From Candidatus Woesearchaeota archaeon (GTDB lineage: Archaea; Nanobdellota; Nanobdellia; Woesearchaeales; ARS49), in the NCBI GenBank assembly GCA_017609645.1, contig JAFCDQ010000003.1, positions 221,571 to 285,570 of the forward strand: DNA of 64,000 nucleotides. Reading direction: 5' to 3'. The notes under the pieces were generated by a model. It saw only the letters and a list, made by a program, of their open reading frames with translations. It did not search any database and was not told where the DNA came from. Both the position numbers and the translations under genes were made by a program. Positions 8,387 through 20,617 of the stretch are shown here, in pieces; the first letter of the stretch is position 1; each line of letters starts with the position of its first letter.

Positions 8387-11146
8387 TTGCTGTTCTTCTT
8401 GACTCAGATCGATTCTGCTGAAGCAATGGGTGAAGCTAATATCAGCAACTGTACTATGAATCAAACAGGCGTCACAACAATTGAAACATCTGGCACTTAC
8501 TGGGTTAATGAAACTATGATTAACACAACTCACACTAGATGTATTACTGTTGAAAGCAACAATGTTTTGCTTGACTGTAGAGGCAATAGAATTAATTCTT
8601 CTGGAACGCAGGCAATTCGTATTGAAGGCAACAATGTTACAATAAGAAATTGTTCTATTATTGGAACAACAACAGGAAGCGCAATTAGTCTTGTTGGGGG
8701 TTCAGAAAGACAAATAATTAATAATACTGTAACAGGAAATGGTCATGGCATAGGTCTTGAAGCTTCAACAAATAATTTAATTGAAAATAACAGTATTTTA
8801 AATTCGCAAGGCATGGGAATTCTTCTTGCATCTGCAGGAGGGGCAGGATCTGATAATAATAGAATAATTAATAACAACATAACAAATTGCGGATATCTCT
8901 TTAACGCGTTTGATGGTTTAATAATAAATAATTGTTCTTTTAATAATGTGTCTAATAATTTTATCAAAAATAATGCCAATAATGGTATTCAGCTTTTTAC
9001 TGGTGCTAATAATAATATTATTGACAACAATGTAATATCTGACCATCCAGATAATGGAATTTTTATTCTTAATTATAGTAATAATAACATCATCAGAGAT
9101 AATATTATCATAGGCAATGGTGATGCGGCAACAGAAGCAGGAATTAATATTAATAGCAGTTCTGCAAACAATCTTTCTTTTAATGTTATAAATCATAGTA
9201 ATTTTACTGGAATTCGTCTTTTTTCTGCAGCAAATACAATAATGTTAGGTAATAATGTGTCTAATTCATTATGGTGGGACCTTACTTTATTTGCTTCTGA
9301 AGGTGGAAGATTCAATAATAACACAGTAAATTATGATAATATTAATTTTGAAACAACTTTTAGTTTTAAAAAATATTCAGGAGATGTAAACATTAGCGGC
9401 ATGTCAACTGCACCCTCTCAAAATCCTAGAAGGAATATTGATAAATTTTTGAATATTTCAGGAACAAATTGGGTTGTAATGAATATAAGTTATCTTGCGG
9501 CAGATGTCACTAATAATGATGTTCTTCCATCAACAATTAGTTTATATCATTATAATGGTTCTGCATGGGTTGCTGTTTTTGGTGCAACTTTAACTAATAG
9601 TTTGGTTTCAGGAAATTTAACAACTTTCAGTCCTTTTGCTCTATTAGGCGCAGCAAATTGCAGTGATTTATTTAATGATACTATATTATTAGGCAATATT
9701 TTAGCGCATGGAACTTGTTTTTCTATAAATACGAGTAATATTACTTTAGATTGCAATGGTTCAAGAATTACAGGAAATAAAAGCGGTTATGGGGTTGAGA
9801 GTTTAGATAAGTTGAATATCACTATTAAAAATTGTTTGATTTATAATTTTACTGCAGGCATTTTTGTTCATAATACTTCAAACAGCAGTTTCTATAATAT
9901 CAGTGCTATCAATAATACTGAAGGCTTTAGACTTGAAGCAAATGCTTCTTTTAATAATTTGACAAACAATACTGCTAATTTAAATACGAATCTTGGTCAA
10001 GGCAGCGGAATTATTCTTGACGAGGCAGATAATAATACTTTTGAAAGGATTATTGCTAATTTTAATGACGAAGGTTTTGAACTTTGGGCAGCATCTAGTG
10101 AAAATATTTTTGTTAATTGCACTGCTTTCAATAATTCTTGGTTTGGTATTGATATTGTTGATGGTTCAAGTCTTGATAATAGTTTTTCTTTATTTAATCT
10201 GTCTCAGACTCACCTTAAACAATCTTGGGATATTCATTGTGATTCTGCTAATAATAGTTTTTATAATATTACTATAGGAAATAATAAAACAGGTTATGAT
10301 ACTAAAATTAGTACAAAGGCATATAATGGAACATTTCGTTTAACTGGATTACATCGTTTTCCTGCAAATCCTGCAAATAGATTAAATATTTCTAATTATG
10401 TTAATGTATCAAAAGCTGCTGGAACGTGGATAATTTTTAATTTTACTTATTCTGATGCAGATATTGCCAGCATTCAAGAAAATACTTTAAACATTTATAG
10501 ATATAATGGAACCTGGAATCAATTAACAAGCACAGTGGTGGCTGCATCAAATATTGTTTCTGCTAATTTAACTCAATTCAGCGCATTTGCTCCTTTTGGT
10601 CAAGAACCTGCACCACCCCCTCCTGCAGCTCAAGGAGGCGGTGGCGGAGGAGGCAGCAGCACTTGGTATGCTTATGCTAAAAAAGAAATTTGTGAATGCA
10701 TTCTTGCTAATGGAAGTCTTTATCCAAATAATTGTGAAAAACCTTTGTTAACTTCATTAGAAACTTGTGAGATGCCTCATACAGTAAATGATATGGATAA
10801 ATTTGTTGATGTATTTGAAGAAAAGTTTGACTCTGCGGAACAAGCAAAGAAGACTGATGAAGATTCTATTCCAAGCGCGGGAAAAGCTTTCTTTTCTAAA
10901 GATATTAAAGCTAGTAAAAAAGGTATATTTGGTTTGATTCTTATTATTGCTTTAGCTGCCTTGGCAATTATTTTGACGAAGGGAAAAAAAGCAACTCCTA
11001 AAGTGAAGTATGAGGAAGTTTGGACTCCTTCTGTAAAAAGTAAGTTAGCAGAATTAAAGGGTCCTGCGAAAAAGAAAATTAAGCCTCTTTGGAAACCTTG
11101 GAAGAAAAAAGAATACCAACCTTGGAATCCTTCTAAAAAAAAATAA
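8387..11146 (+). CDS. Membrane-anchored surface glycoprotein with two beta-helix (NosD/pectin-lyase-like) modules; true start probably upstream near 8339
   Basis: I.I..N.I.NN repeats, many NxS/T sequons, duplicated domain ending NLTxFSxFA, PPPP-GGGG linker, C-terminal TM and basic W/P-rich tail. Confidence 0.82.
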   Translation: MLFFLTQIDSAEAMGEANISNCTMNQTGVTTIETSGTYWVNETMINTTHTRCITVESNNVLLDCRGNRINSSGTQAIRIEGNNVTIRNCSIIGTTTGSAISLVGGSERQIINNTVTGNGHGIGLEASTNNLIENNSILNSQGMGILLASAGGAGSDNNRIINNNITNCGYLFNAFDGLIINNCSFNNVSNNFIKNNANNGIQLFTGANNNIIDNNVISDHPDNGIFILNYSNNNIIRDNIIIGNGDAATEAGININSSSANNLSFNVINHSNFTGIRLFSAANTIMLGNNVSNSLWWDLTLFASEGGRFNNNTVNYDNINFETTFSFKKYSGDVNISGMSTAPSQNPRRNIDKFLNISGTNWVVMNISYLAADVTNNDVLPSTISLYHYNGSAWVAVFGATLTNSLVSGNLTTFSPFALLGAANCSDLFNDTILLGNILAHGTCFSINTSNITLDCNGSRITGNKSGYGVESLDKLNITIKNCLIYNFTAGIFVHNTSNSSFYNISAINNTEGFRLEANASFNNLTNNTANLNTNLGQGSGIILDEADNNTFERIIANFNDEGFELWAASSENIFVNCTAFNNSWFGIDIVDGSSLDNSFSLFNLSQTHLKQSWDIHCDSANNSFYNITIGNNKTGYDTKISTKAYNGTFRLTGLHRFPANPANRLNISNYVNVSKAAGTWIIFNFTYSDADIASIQENTLNIYRYNGTWNQLTSTVVAASNIVSANLTQFSAFAPFGQEPAPPPPAAQGGGGGGGSSTWYAYAKKEICECILANGSLYPNNCEKPLLTSLETCEMPHTVNDMDKFVDVFEEKFDSAEQAKKTDEDSIPSAGKAFFSKDIKASKKGIFGLILIIALAALAIILTKGKKATPKVKYEEVWTPSVKSKLAELKGPAKKKIKPLWKPWKKKEYQPWNPSKKK

Positions 11147-11243
11147 AAAGTAGTTTAATTCTCGTAGAATGAAAAGAAAGATTTATATATGACTAGATAA
11201 TCTATATCATAAATTCATAATATTTAAAAAAAGGTGATATGGG

Positions 11244-13409
11244 ATGAAAAAAAATATCTTATTTAGTATTTCTTTTGTTATTGCTGCATTTGTGTTTTGT
11301 TTGATGTTAACGCAGAATGCAGAAGCATTAGGCGTAAATATTCCTAATTGTACTACAAATCAAACTGCCACTCATACAATTATAGGTACATCTGGAATTT
11401 ATTATGTAAATCAGACGATTACTGCAAATAGTATAGATCAAGCAAGAGTTTGTCTTTACATAAACACTAGTGATGTTTATTTAGAATGTAGAAATAACAG
11501 CCAGATTATTGGAATGGTTAATCTAACTGGTATCTGGACAAACGAAACTAATGTCACTATCCAAAATTGTTATTTAAGCAATTTCTCTGATGCTATTAAC
11601 TTAAGTTCAAGTACTAATGTAATTATTTATAATAACACTTTAGAAAATATGACTAACATTGCTATTAATGTCTTGAACTCTAATACAAGTAATTTTTCAA
11701 CAAATATAATAAATAATTGTACAGTTGGTGGAATTAATATAACTGATGTTAATACTGGAAACACAATTGAATTAAATACCTTCTATACAACAGGGACAAG
11801 TATCAATATTCGAAGAGGTACAGGCAACTCTATATTAAGCAATACATTAAATAATGGAACTGAAGGTATTGATTTATGGAATGAAATTACTGCGACAATA
11901 CTCAGTAATATTATTGGCAATTATTCAAATATAGGAATTCAAGCATTGAACTCTAATGGAACAAATATAACAAGTAATACAATTAAAAATATTACTACTA
12001 CCGGTATTTTCATAAACTTTAGTTTTAGTAATGATATTGCTAGCAATACAATATATAACGCTACGACTGCTATTTATTCAGATAGAAGCGATGATGGTTT
12101 TTTCACGAGCAACACTATACGTAATGGAACAACAGGTCTGTATTTAGTAAGAAATAATAATATGACTGTAACCAGCAATACTGCTCGTAAATTTAACATG
12201 GGTTTCAGATTTAGAAATGCAAGCAATAGTACAGCAACACTCTCTACTGCAAATAATAATAATTTTGGTTTTTACATTGACACTAATTCTGACGGCAACG
12301 CATTTAGCAGAAGTACTATTAATTTAAATGCGAACTATGGGTTATTGATTCTTGACACTTTAAGCGGAAATAATACTTTCACTGGCTTTAATTTGTCAAA
12401 TCCTTCTGCTACTGCAAGAGATATAAATATAAACGCAGGTGACAATAAATTTTATACTATTGCAGTGAGTTATAGTAACGCGACTTTTTCTGCATTAAGA
12501 ACTAATTTTAACTTCAAAAATTATAATGGAACTAAAATGAATATTAGTGCTGTTGAAGATGTATTAGTAATTGGTGACCCTGCTAACAGACAGAATATTT
12601 CAAAATATCTAAATATTACTAGACCTGCTAAGTCTGGGATGAATATTAACATTAGTTATTCTTCTGCAGATCTACTTATATCGCCTTATGTAAGTATAAA
12701 CCCAGCAGATTTGCGAGTTTGGAATTCGTCAGATAGCGCTACTTGGCAGTTTATTGGAGGTACTGTTTTTAATGTAGCGGGATTTGTTAGTGTGAATTTA
12801 ACTGGATTCAGTGAATTTGGATTATTTGCACCAACAGTCAACCTACCTCAATACAGAGGAGGATCTTCAAGCGGTGGCGGAGGCACAGGTGTTGCTGCTA
12901 TCAGTCTTGACACAAACGCAGAAGTAACTAAAAACTTAAGAAGACTTGATTACTTCAAGTTTACTAGAAAATATGAATTGCACAAATTAACTATATTAAA
13001 CATTGATACTATAACCAGAGATGTGACTTTGAAAGTAGAATCTACTCCAGTAGTATTAACAATTAAAGAAAAAGAAACTGGTAAAGTAGACGTAGATGGC
13101 AACGGATACTATGATCTTGGAATAACAGTAGAACAAATTGATACAGACACAGCATTATTAGTATTGAAAAGAATTGACGAGAAAACTTCTGACGCGCAAA
13201 GACCTACTGTAAAAGACCAGGTTACTACCCCACCTATACAGAAGGATGAAAGACCTCCTGTAAGAGAAGATTACTTTGAAGGTGTTGTTGGTAAAGAACC
13301 TGCAAAGAAGAGTAATGTCTTCTGGATCTTCATAATAGTAATTGCAGTAATTATTGTTGGTTGGATTATCTTTGAAGTAACCAAGAAAGGTAAGAAAAAG
13401 CGAAGATAA
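11244..13409 (+). CDS. Membrane-anchored beta-helix surface glycoprotein, paralog of the 8387 gene
   Basis: Signal peptide, beta-helix repeats, NLTGFSEF domain end, GGSSSGGGG linker, C-terminal TM and KKGKKKRR. Confidence 0.85.
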   Translation: MKKNILFSISFVIAAFVFCLMLTQNAEALGVNIPNCTTNQTATHTIIGTSGIYYVNQTITANSIDQARVCLYINTSDVYLECRNNSQIIGMVNLTGIWTNETNVTIQNCYLSNFSDAINLSSSTNVIIYNNTLENMTNIAINVLNSNTSNFSTNIINNCTVGGINITDVNTGNTIELNTFYTTGTSINIRRGTGNSILSNTLNNGTEGIDLWNEITATILSNIIGNYSNIGIQALNSNGTNITSNTIKNITTTGIFINFSFSNDIASNTIYNATTAIYSDRSDDGFFTSNTIRNGTTGLYLVRNNNMTVTSNTARKFNMGFRFRNASNSTATLSTANNNNFGFYIDTNSDGNAFSRSTINLNANYGLLILDTLSGNNTFTGFNLSNPSATARDININAGDNKFYTIAVSYSNATFSALRTNFNFKNYNGTKMNISAVEDVLVIGDPANRQNISKYLNITRPAKSGMNINISYSSADLLISPYVSINPADLRVWNSSDSATWQFIGGTVFNVAGFVSVNLTGFSEFGLFAPTVNLPQYRGGSSSGGGGTGVAAISLDTNAEVTKNLRRLDYFKFTRKYELHKLTILNIDTITRDVTLKVESTPVVLTIKEKETGKVDVDGNGYYDLGITVEQIDTDTALLVLKRIDEKTSDAQRPTVKDQVTTPPIQKDERPPVREDYFEGVVGKEPAKKSNVFWIFIIVIAVIIVGWIIFEVTKKGKKKRR

Positions 13410-13480
13410 ATTTATTTTTTTTTCTTTTATTTTCTAATTCTATAGTAAAGTTTTTAAATCAGGATATTATTTTACTTGTT

Positions 13481-14188
13481 ATGAAAAGAGGTATAATCAC
13501 AGCAATCATTTTTGTGTTACTTTGTTCTATTGCTTTTGCTCAGATTAACAAAGATACTACTACAATTAGATGTGGAGATGGGGTTTTGGATGATTTTGAG
13601 ATGTGTGAAAAGGGTATCAAAGGCATAGATAAGTGTGATGGTCTAGTTGAAATTTTAAATGTTGATGTTGATTGCAGGACAGAAGTTTGTGCGTGTCTTC
13701 CTTTTGTGAATTCAGGTTTTTGCGGTAATGATAGAAGAGAAGGTGTTGAGATGTGTGACGGTGCTGGAGAAGATCTTTGTTCTACTTTTGGGGACGAGAT
13801 TGGAGTGAATTTGACCTGTGATATAGATTGTTATTGTAAGATTGTTGGAGGCGTTCCTGCGAGTTATTATCCTGGTTATAATGAAACAGAAGAAGAACCA
13901 GAGGGTATGGCTGTTTGTGGAGATAAAGAGCTGCAGTTAAAAGAAGAATGCGATCCTCCTAATAGTTTATGCACTTTAGAGGATAATAGTGTAGGTGTCT
14001 GTGCTGAAGGCTGTAAGTGCAAGCCTAAAGAAAGCATAGGCATATCTGAAAAAGAAGATGAGGAAATAGACGAAGTTGAAGATAGTGAAGAAGAGGAAGA
14101 AGTTGAAGAAATAAAAGAAAAGGATTCTAAAGAAGGCCCTGGCTTTTTTGCAAGCATTTGGGCTTGGGTTAGGGATTTGTTTAGTTAA
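13481..14188 (+). CDS. Secreted Cys-rich protein with three CG(D/N)...E.C repeats (Myxococcus Cys-rich/DUF4215-like)
   Basis: Signal peptide; CGDGVLDDFEMC, CGNDRREGVEMC, CGDKELQLKEEC; acidic linker; amphipathic end GFFASIWAWVRDLFS. Confidence 0.75.
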   Translation: MKRGIITAIIFVLLCSIAFAQINKDTTTIRCGDGVLDDFEMCEKGIKGIDKCDGLVEILNVDVDCRTEVCACLPFVNSGFCGNDRREGVEMCDGAGEDLCSTFGDEIGVNLTCDIDCYCKIVGGVPASYYPGYNETEEEPEGMAVCGDKELQLKEECDPPNSLCTLEDNSVGVCAEGCKCKPKESIGISEKEDEEIDEVEDSEEEEEVEEIKEKDSKEGPGFFASIWAWVRDLFS

Positions 14189-14189
14189 A

Positions 14190-14642
14190 ATGAAAATAAA
14201 GGATTTGCCTATTTCTGATATTACTTTAAGAAAATATGAAAAGCCTTTTAATCTAAATAATAGGGAAGTTATCAAAAAGCTTTGTTTAAGTTTAGGATTG
14301 CTGCAGCCAGGTGACAGCAGGGATGTAGTGGTTGATATTTTTTTTGCTTTGATTAAAGCTAAGCATGCTATTGATTGTAAGGAAATTGAAGAGCGAGCTG
14401 CTTGGTTTAGGCAAGAAAACAAACTTGAAGTTAAAGGTGTAACACCTGCTAATATTAGACGACAGTTAAGAAGATTGAAAGAATTGATGATTATTGATAA
14501 AAAAGGAAGATTGTATTTTTTGAATGAGAATGAATCGCTTAAGAATATTTTTGAAGAAAAGATTAAAAAATTGCATATTAATCCTATTACCGAAAGAATT
14601 AAAGAATATTGCGAGCATATTGATAAAATGAGAGGAGAATAA
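14190..14642 (+). CDS. Predicted winged-helix DNA-binding protein (start at ATG 14190, not 14148)
   Basis: SLGLLQPGDSRD and TPANIRRQLRRLKELMIIDKKGRLYFL helix-turn-helix/wing pattern; ATG follows the previous stop. Confidence 0.65.
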   Translation: MKIKDLPISDITLRKYEKPFNLNNREVIKKLCLSLGLLQPGDSRDVVVDIFFALIKAKHAIDCKEIEERAAWFRQENKLEVKGVTPANIRRQLRRLKELMIIDKKGRLYFLNENESLKNIFEEKIKKLHINPITERIKEYCEHIDKMRGE

Positions 14643-14643
14643 T

Positions 14644-14814
14644 ATGATGGAGTTTAAAAAAATCAAAGGTATTTGCTTGATTGTTATTTTTTTGTTGTTT
14701 ATGTCAGGTTTGATGAGTTTTCTCGTAACAGGAGGCATTCATTGGCCTATAACTATTGCTTCTACTCTGGGATTTTTAGTGATTATCGGGTTAGTGATTA
14801 AATTCCATAAATAA
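14644..14814 (+). CDS. Small two-TM membrane protein (56 aa), not in ORF track
   Basis: MMEFKKIKGICLIVIFLLFMSGLMSFLVTGGIHWPITIASTLGFLVIIGLVIKFHK; starts 1 nt after the previous stop. Confidence 0.6.
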   Translation: MMEFKKIKGICLIVIFLLFMSGLMSFLVTGGIHWPITIASTLGFLVIIGLVIKFHK

Positions 14815-14905
14815 ATAGCTAGATATACACTTCATAACACATAAAAACTTTAAAATAAGGACTTTCTAGAACAATTAAACTAAAACAGAGGTATATAAAA
14901 ATAAA

Positions 14906-16066
14906 ATGGCTAAGAAATATTTTTTTACAAGTGAGAGTGTGACAGAAGGTCACCCTGACAAAGTTTGCGATCAAATATCTGATGCAATTTTAGATGCAAT
15001 CTATAAAGAAGATCCTCAAGCAAGGGTTGCTGTTGAATGTTTGACAAAAACTGGTTTTGTTGTTGTAGCAGGAGAAGTTAGCACAAAGACATATGTTGAT
15101 ATTCAAAAGATTGTTAGAGAAACTATTTTAGAGATTGGTTATAATAAGCCTGAGTTTGGATTCGAAGGAAGCACTTGCGGAGTTCTTGTGGCTATTTCAG
15201 AGCAATGTCCAGAAATAGCAATGGGTGTTGATGATGATAAAGGATTGTATAAAGAACAAGGCGCAGGAGATCAGGGATTAATGTTTGGTTATGCGACTAA
15301 TGAAACTCCTGAATTAATGCCTCTTCCAATCATCCTTGCACATAAATTAACTCAAAGACTTGCTAGTGCTAGGAAAAGAGGAGAAATTTGGTATATTAGA
15401 CCTGATGGAAAGTCTCAAGTTACTGTTGAATATGAAGACGGCAAGCCTACTCGTGTTGATACTGTTGTTGTCTCAACGCAACATCATCCCGATGTTGATT
15501 TAGAAACAATCAGACGTGATATGATTGAAAAAGTTATCAAGCCTATTTGTCAGGAATGGATTGATGATAAGACAAAGTATTTTATTAATCCTACTGGAAA
15601 GTTTGTTCAGGGAGGACCTGTTGCTGATGCAGGTTTGACTGGTAGGAAGATTATAGTCGATACTTATGGAGGTCATGGATCTCATGGAGGCGGTTGTTTT
15701 TCAGGAAAAGATCCTTCTAAAGTTGATCGTTCTGCTAGTTATATGGCCAGGTATATTGCAAAAAATATTGTTGCAGCAGGTCTTGCTGATAAATGTGAAA
15801 TTCAGCTTGCTTATGCGATTGGTGTTGCAGAGCCTGTTTCTATTTTAGTCAACACATTCAACACAAACAAAATTCCTGAGGATAAAATAGCTGAATTAGT
15901 GAAAAGTAATTTTAAGTTAACTCCTAAAGCAATTATTGATACTTTGAATTTAAGAAGGCCGATTTATAAAAAAACAGCAGCTTACGGCCATTTTGGCAGG
16001 AATGATCCTGATTTTACTTGGGAAAAAACAGATAAAGCTGAGGAGTTGAAAAAAGCTTTAAATTAA
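14906..16066 (+). CDS. metK: S-adenosylmethionine synthetase, bacterial/eukaryotic type
   Basis: [57 protein letters not shown]. Confidence 0.97.
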   Translation: MAKKYFFTSESVTEGHPDKVCDQISDAILDAIYKEDPQARVAVECLTKTGFVVVAGEVSTKTYVDIQKIVRETILEIGYNKPEFGFEGSTCGVLVAISEQCPEIAMGVDDDKGLYKEQGAGDQGLMFGYATNETPELMPLPIILAHKLTQRLASARKRGEIWYIRPDGKSQVTVEYEDGKPTRVDTVVVSTQHHPDVDLETIRRDMIEKVIKPICQEWIDDKTKYFINPTGKFVQGGPVADAGLTGRKIIVDTYGGHGSHGGGCFSGKDPSKVDRSASYMARYIAKNIVAAGLADKCEIQLAYAIGVAEPVSILVNTFNTNKIPEDKIAELVKSNFKLTPKAIIDTLNLRRPIYKKTAAYGHFGRNDPDFTWEKTDKAEELKKALN

Positions 16067-16080
16067 TTTTTTATTTCTTT

Positions 16081-18937
<2,857 letters not shown>

Positions 18938-19046
18938 ATCTCCTCTTATTTCTAATTTCCTTGTTTTCCTAGAATCATTGACATAGCTCATATATTATAG
19001 AATTCCCGCTTTCTTTAATAAATTTTCTACTGTCATCACTCTAGAA

Positions 19047-19706
19047 TTACTCAGTTTTTGCTTCTATTCCTAATTTTTTTATCTTTCTAAACAAAGTTTC
19101 AAATCTTAATCCTATTTTCTTTGCTGTTTTAGAAATATTGCCGTTATTTTCTTTCAATTTAATAGGAATATATTTTCTGTCAAAATATTCTTCTGCTTTT
19201 TTTAATGTCATCGGACTTTCTGGCAGTTCTTTCACAATATCTGCAGATAATACTGGCGCATGTTTATAGAATGCTTCTAATTTTTCTGGCGTGATGATAT
19301 CTTTGTAATTATCAAGTGTTTTCTCAATAATATTTTGCACTTCTGTTTTTTTCAAGTATTCTGCTCGGAATAATTCTTTTCTAAAATCATCTATTTTTAT
19401 TTTTAAGTCTGTTATCATTCTATGTATGCTTCTTCTGTCAACTTCTGTTACTCGAGCTACTTCTGATATGTTTCCAAAATGCGTTCTCAATAAATGAGAG
19501 ATGTATGCTTTTTTGAATGCTTTTTTTGCTTCTTTATAAGGCAGATTTGTATTAATTGCAATTTCAAGAAGAGGATTTTTCTTAAGAGCATCTGAAATAT
19601 CTACTTCAATATCAGGAATTGTTATTCCAAGATAATCCTGCATTGCTTTGTCTAATACAGGCTTTACTTGTTTTTCTAATGTTTTTTCTAATTCTTTTAC
19701 TGGCAT
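19047..19706 (-). CDS. Protein with two Fis/NtrC-type HTH modules in tandem
   Basis: YKEAKKAFKKAYI...GNISEVARVTEVDRRSIHRMI and LKKAEEYFDRKYI...GNISKTAKKIGLRFETLFRKIKKLGI. Confidence 0.82.
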   Translation of the reverse strand: MPVKELEKTLEKQVKPVLDKAMQDYLGITIPDIEVDISDALKKNPLLEIAINTNLPYKEAKKAFKKAYISHLLRTHFGNISEVARVTEVDRRSIHRMITDLKIKIDDFRKELFRAEYLKKTEVQNIIEKTLDNYKDIITPEKLEAFYKHAPVLSADIVKELPESPMTLKKAEEYFDRKYIPIKLKENNGNISKTAKKIGLRFETLFRKIKKLGIEAKTE

Positions 19707-19873
19707 AGCAGTATAAAATATAGTTTGGTATAAATAGCTTTTTATTTTATGACTTAAATTTCTCAGGTAGAGAATTTACAGAATCACCAGAAATTGCATA
19801 GTAACTTTTCAGTAGTATATTTAAGAAAGGTTTATAAAGGTCAAAAGTTGGATTATCGTGCGGAGGATATGGT

Positions 19874-20602
19874 ATGAACTCAGAAGAAAATCAAGAAAAA
19901 TCTCTTGGAGAGTACTTATTTATGAATGAATGTAACATTCTAATAAAAATAGACAATTTCCATCAAGGAAAACAAAAAAATATTGTTAGAATTACTGACA
20001 AAGTCCTGGAAGGGGAAAAACCTTATTTAGTCTTTGAAGTTATTAAAGGGGAGTCTTTAGAATATATTTTAGAACAAAACACATTATCAACTGACAAAAT
20101 TTTGAAATATTCTGCTGACATTTCAAATGGTTTGGCAGAAATGTATGCGGCAGGAGTTTGGTATCATAGAGATATTCGTCCCGCAAATATTATAATTGAT
20201 TACAATAAAGATCGTGCTGTTATTATTGATTTTGCTTTTGCCACTACCAATAAAAATGCAGTACAAATAGCTAATGCTCGTTTTGGAGCTCCTAATATTA
20301 ATGATTTACCAGCAAATGATTTTATTTCTTTAGGACAAGTTATGTATTATATGGCTACTGGCGAGCATGTTTTTTTAGAGGCAAAAAATCATTCTAGAAA
20401 TTTTATTAAAGAGAAAAATCAGATTCAAGAATTCAGGAATAAGCTTTATGGAGGTTTACTTGATTGTAATCTAGATGATTATCTTAAGAAAGTTGATAAG
20501 AAAATTTGGAATAAAGACGTCCGGGTTTTGGTGAAAATGTTTTTAAAATCAACTAATATTTTTTATCATAATGTTCTCAGTTGCTACAAAACACAGCATT
20601 GA
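19874..20602 (+). CDS. Kinase-domain paralog lacking the Gly loop and beta3 lysine (pseudokinase or fragment)
   Basis: WYHRDIRPANIII...IIDFA...RFGAP...ANDFISLGQVMYYMATGEH closely matches the downstream kinase; begins at about the alphaC helix. Confidence 0.75.
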   Translation: MNSEENQEKSLGEYLFMNECNILIKIDNFHQGKQKNIVRITDKVLEGEKPYLVFEVIKGESLEYILEQNTLSTDKILKYSADISNGLAEMYAAGVWYHRDIRPANIIIDYNKDRAVIIDFAFATTNKNAVQIANARFGAPNINDLPANDFISLGQVMYYMATGEHVFLEAKNHSRNFIKEKNQIQEFRNKLYGGLLDCNLDDYLKKVDKKIWNKDVRVLVKMFLKSTNIFYHNVLSCYKTQH

Positions 20603-20617
20603 GGGTGAGAAATAAAA

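Noticed and set aside
4600-14000. Replication origin or terminus suggested by an apparent shift from A/C-ending to G/T-ending codons on the plus strand
   Set aside because: An impression by eye only; no ORB boxes or cdc6/orc1 seen; a cumulative skew computation on the whole replicon is needed
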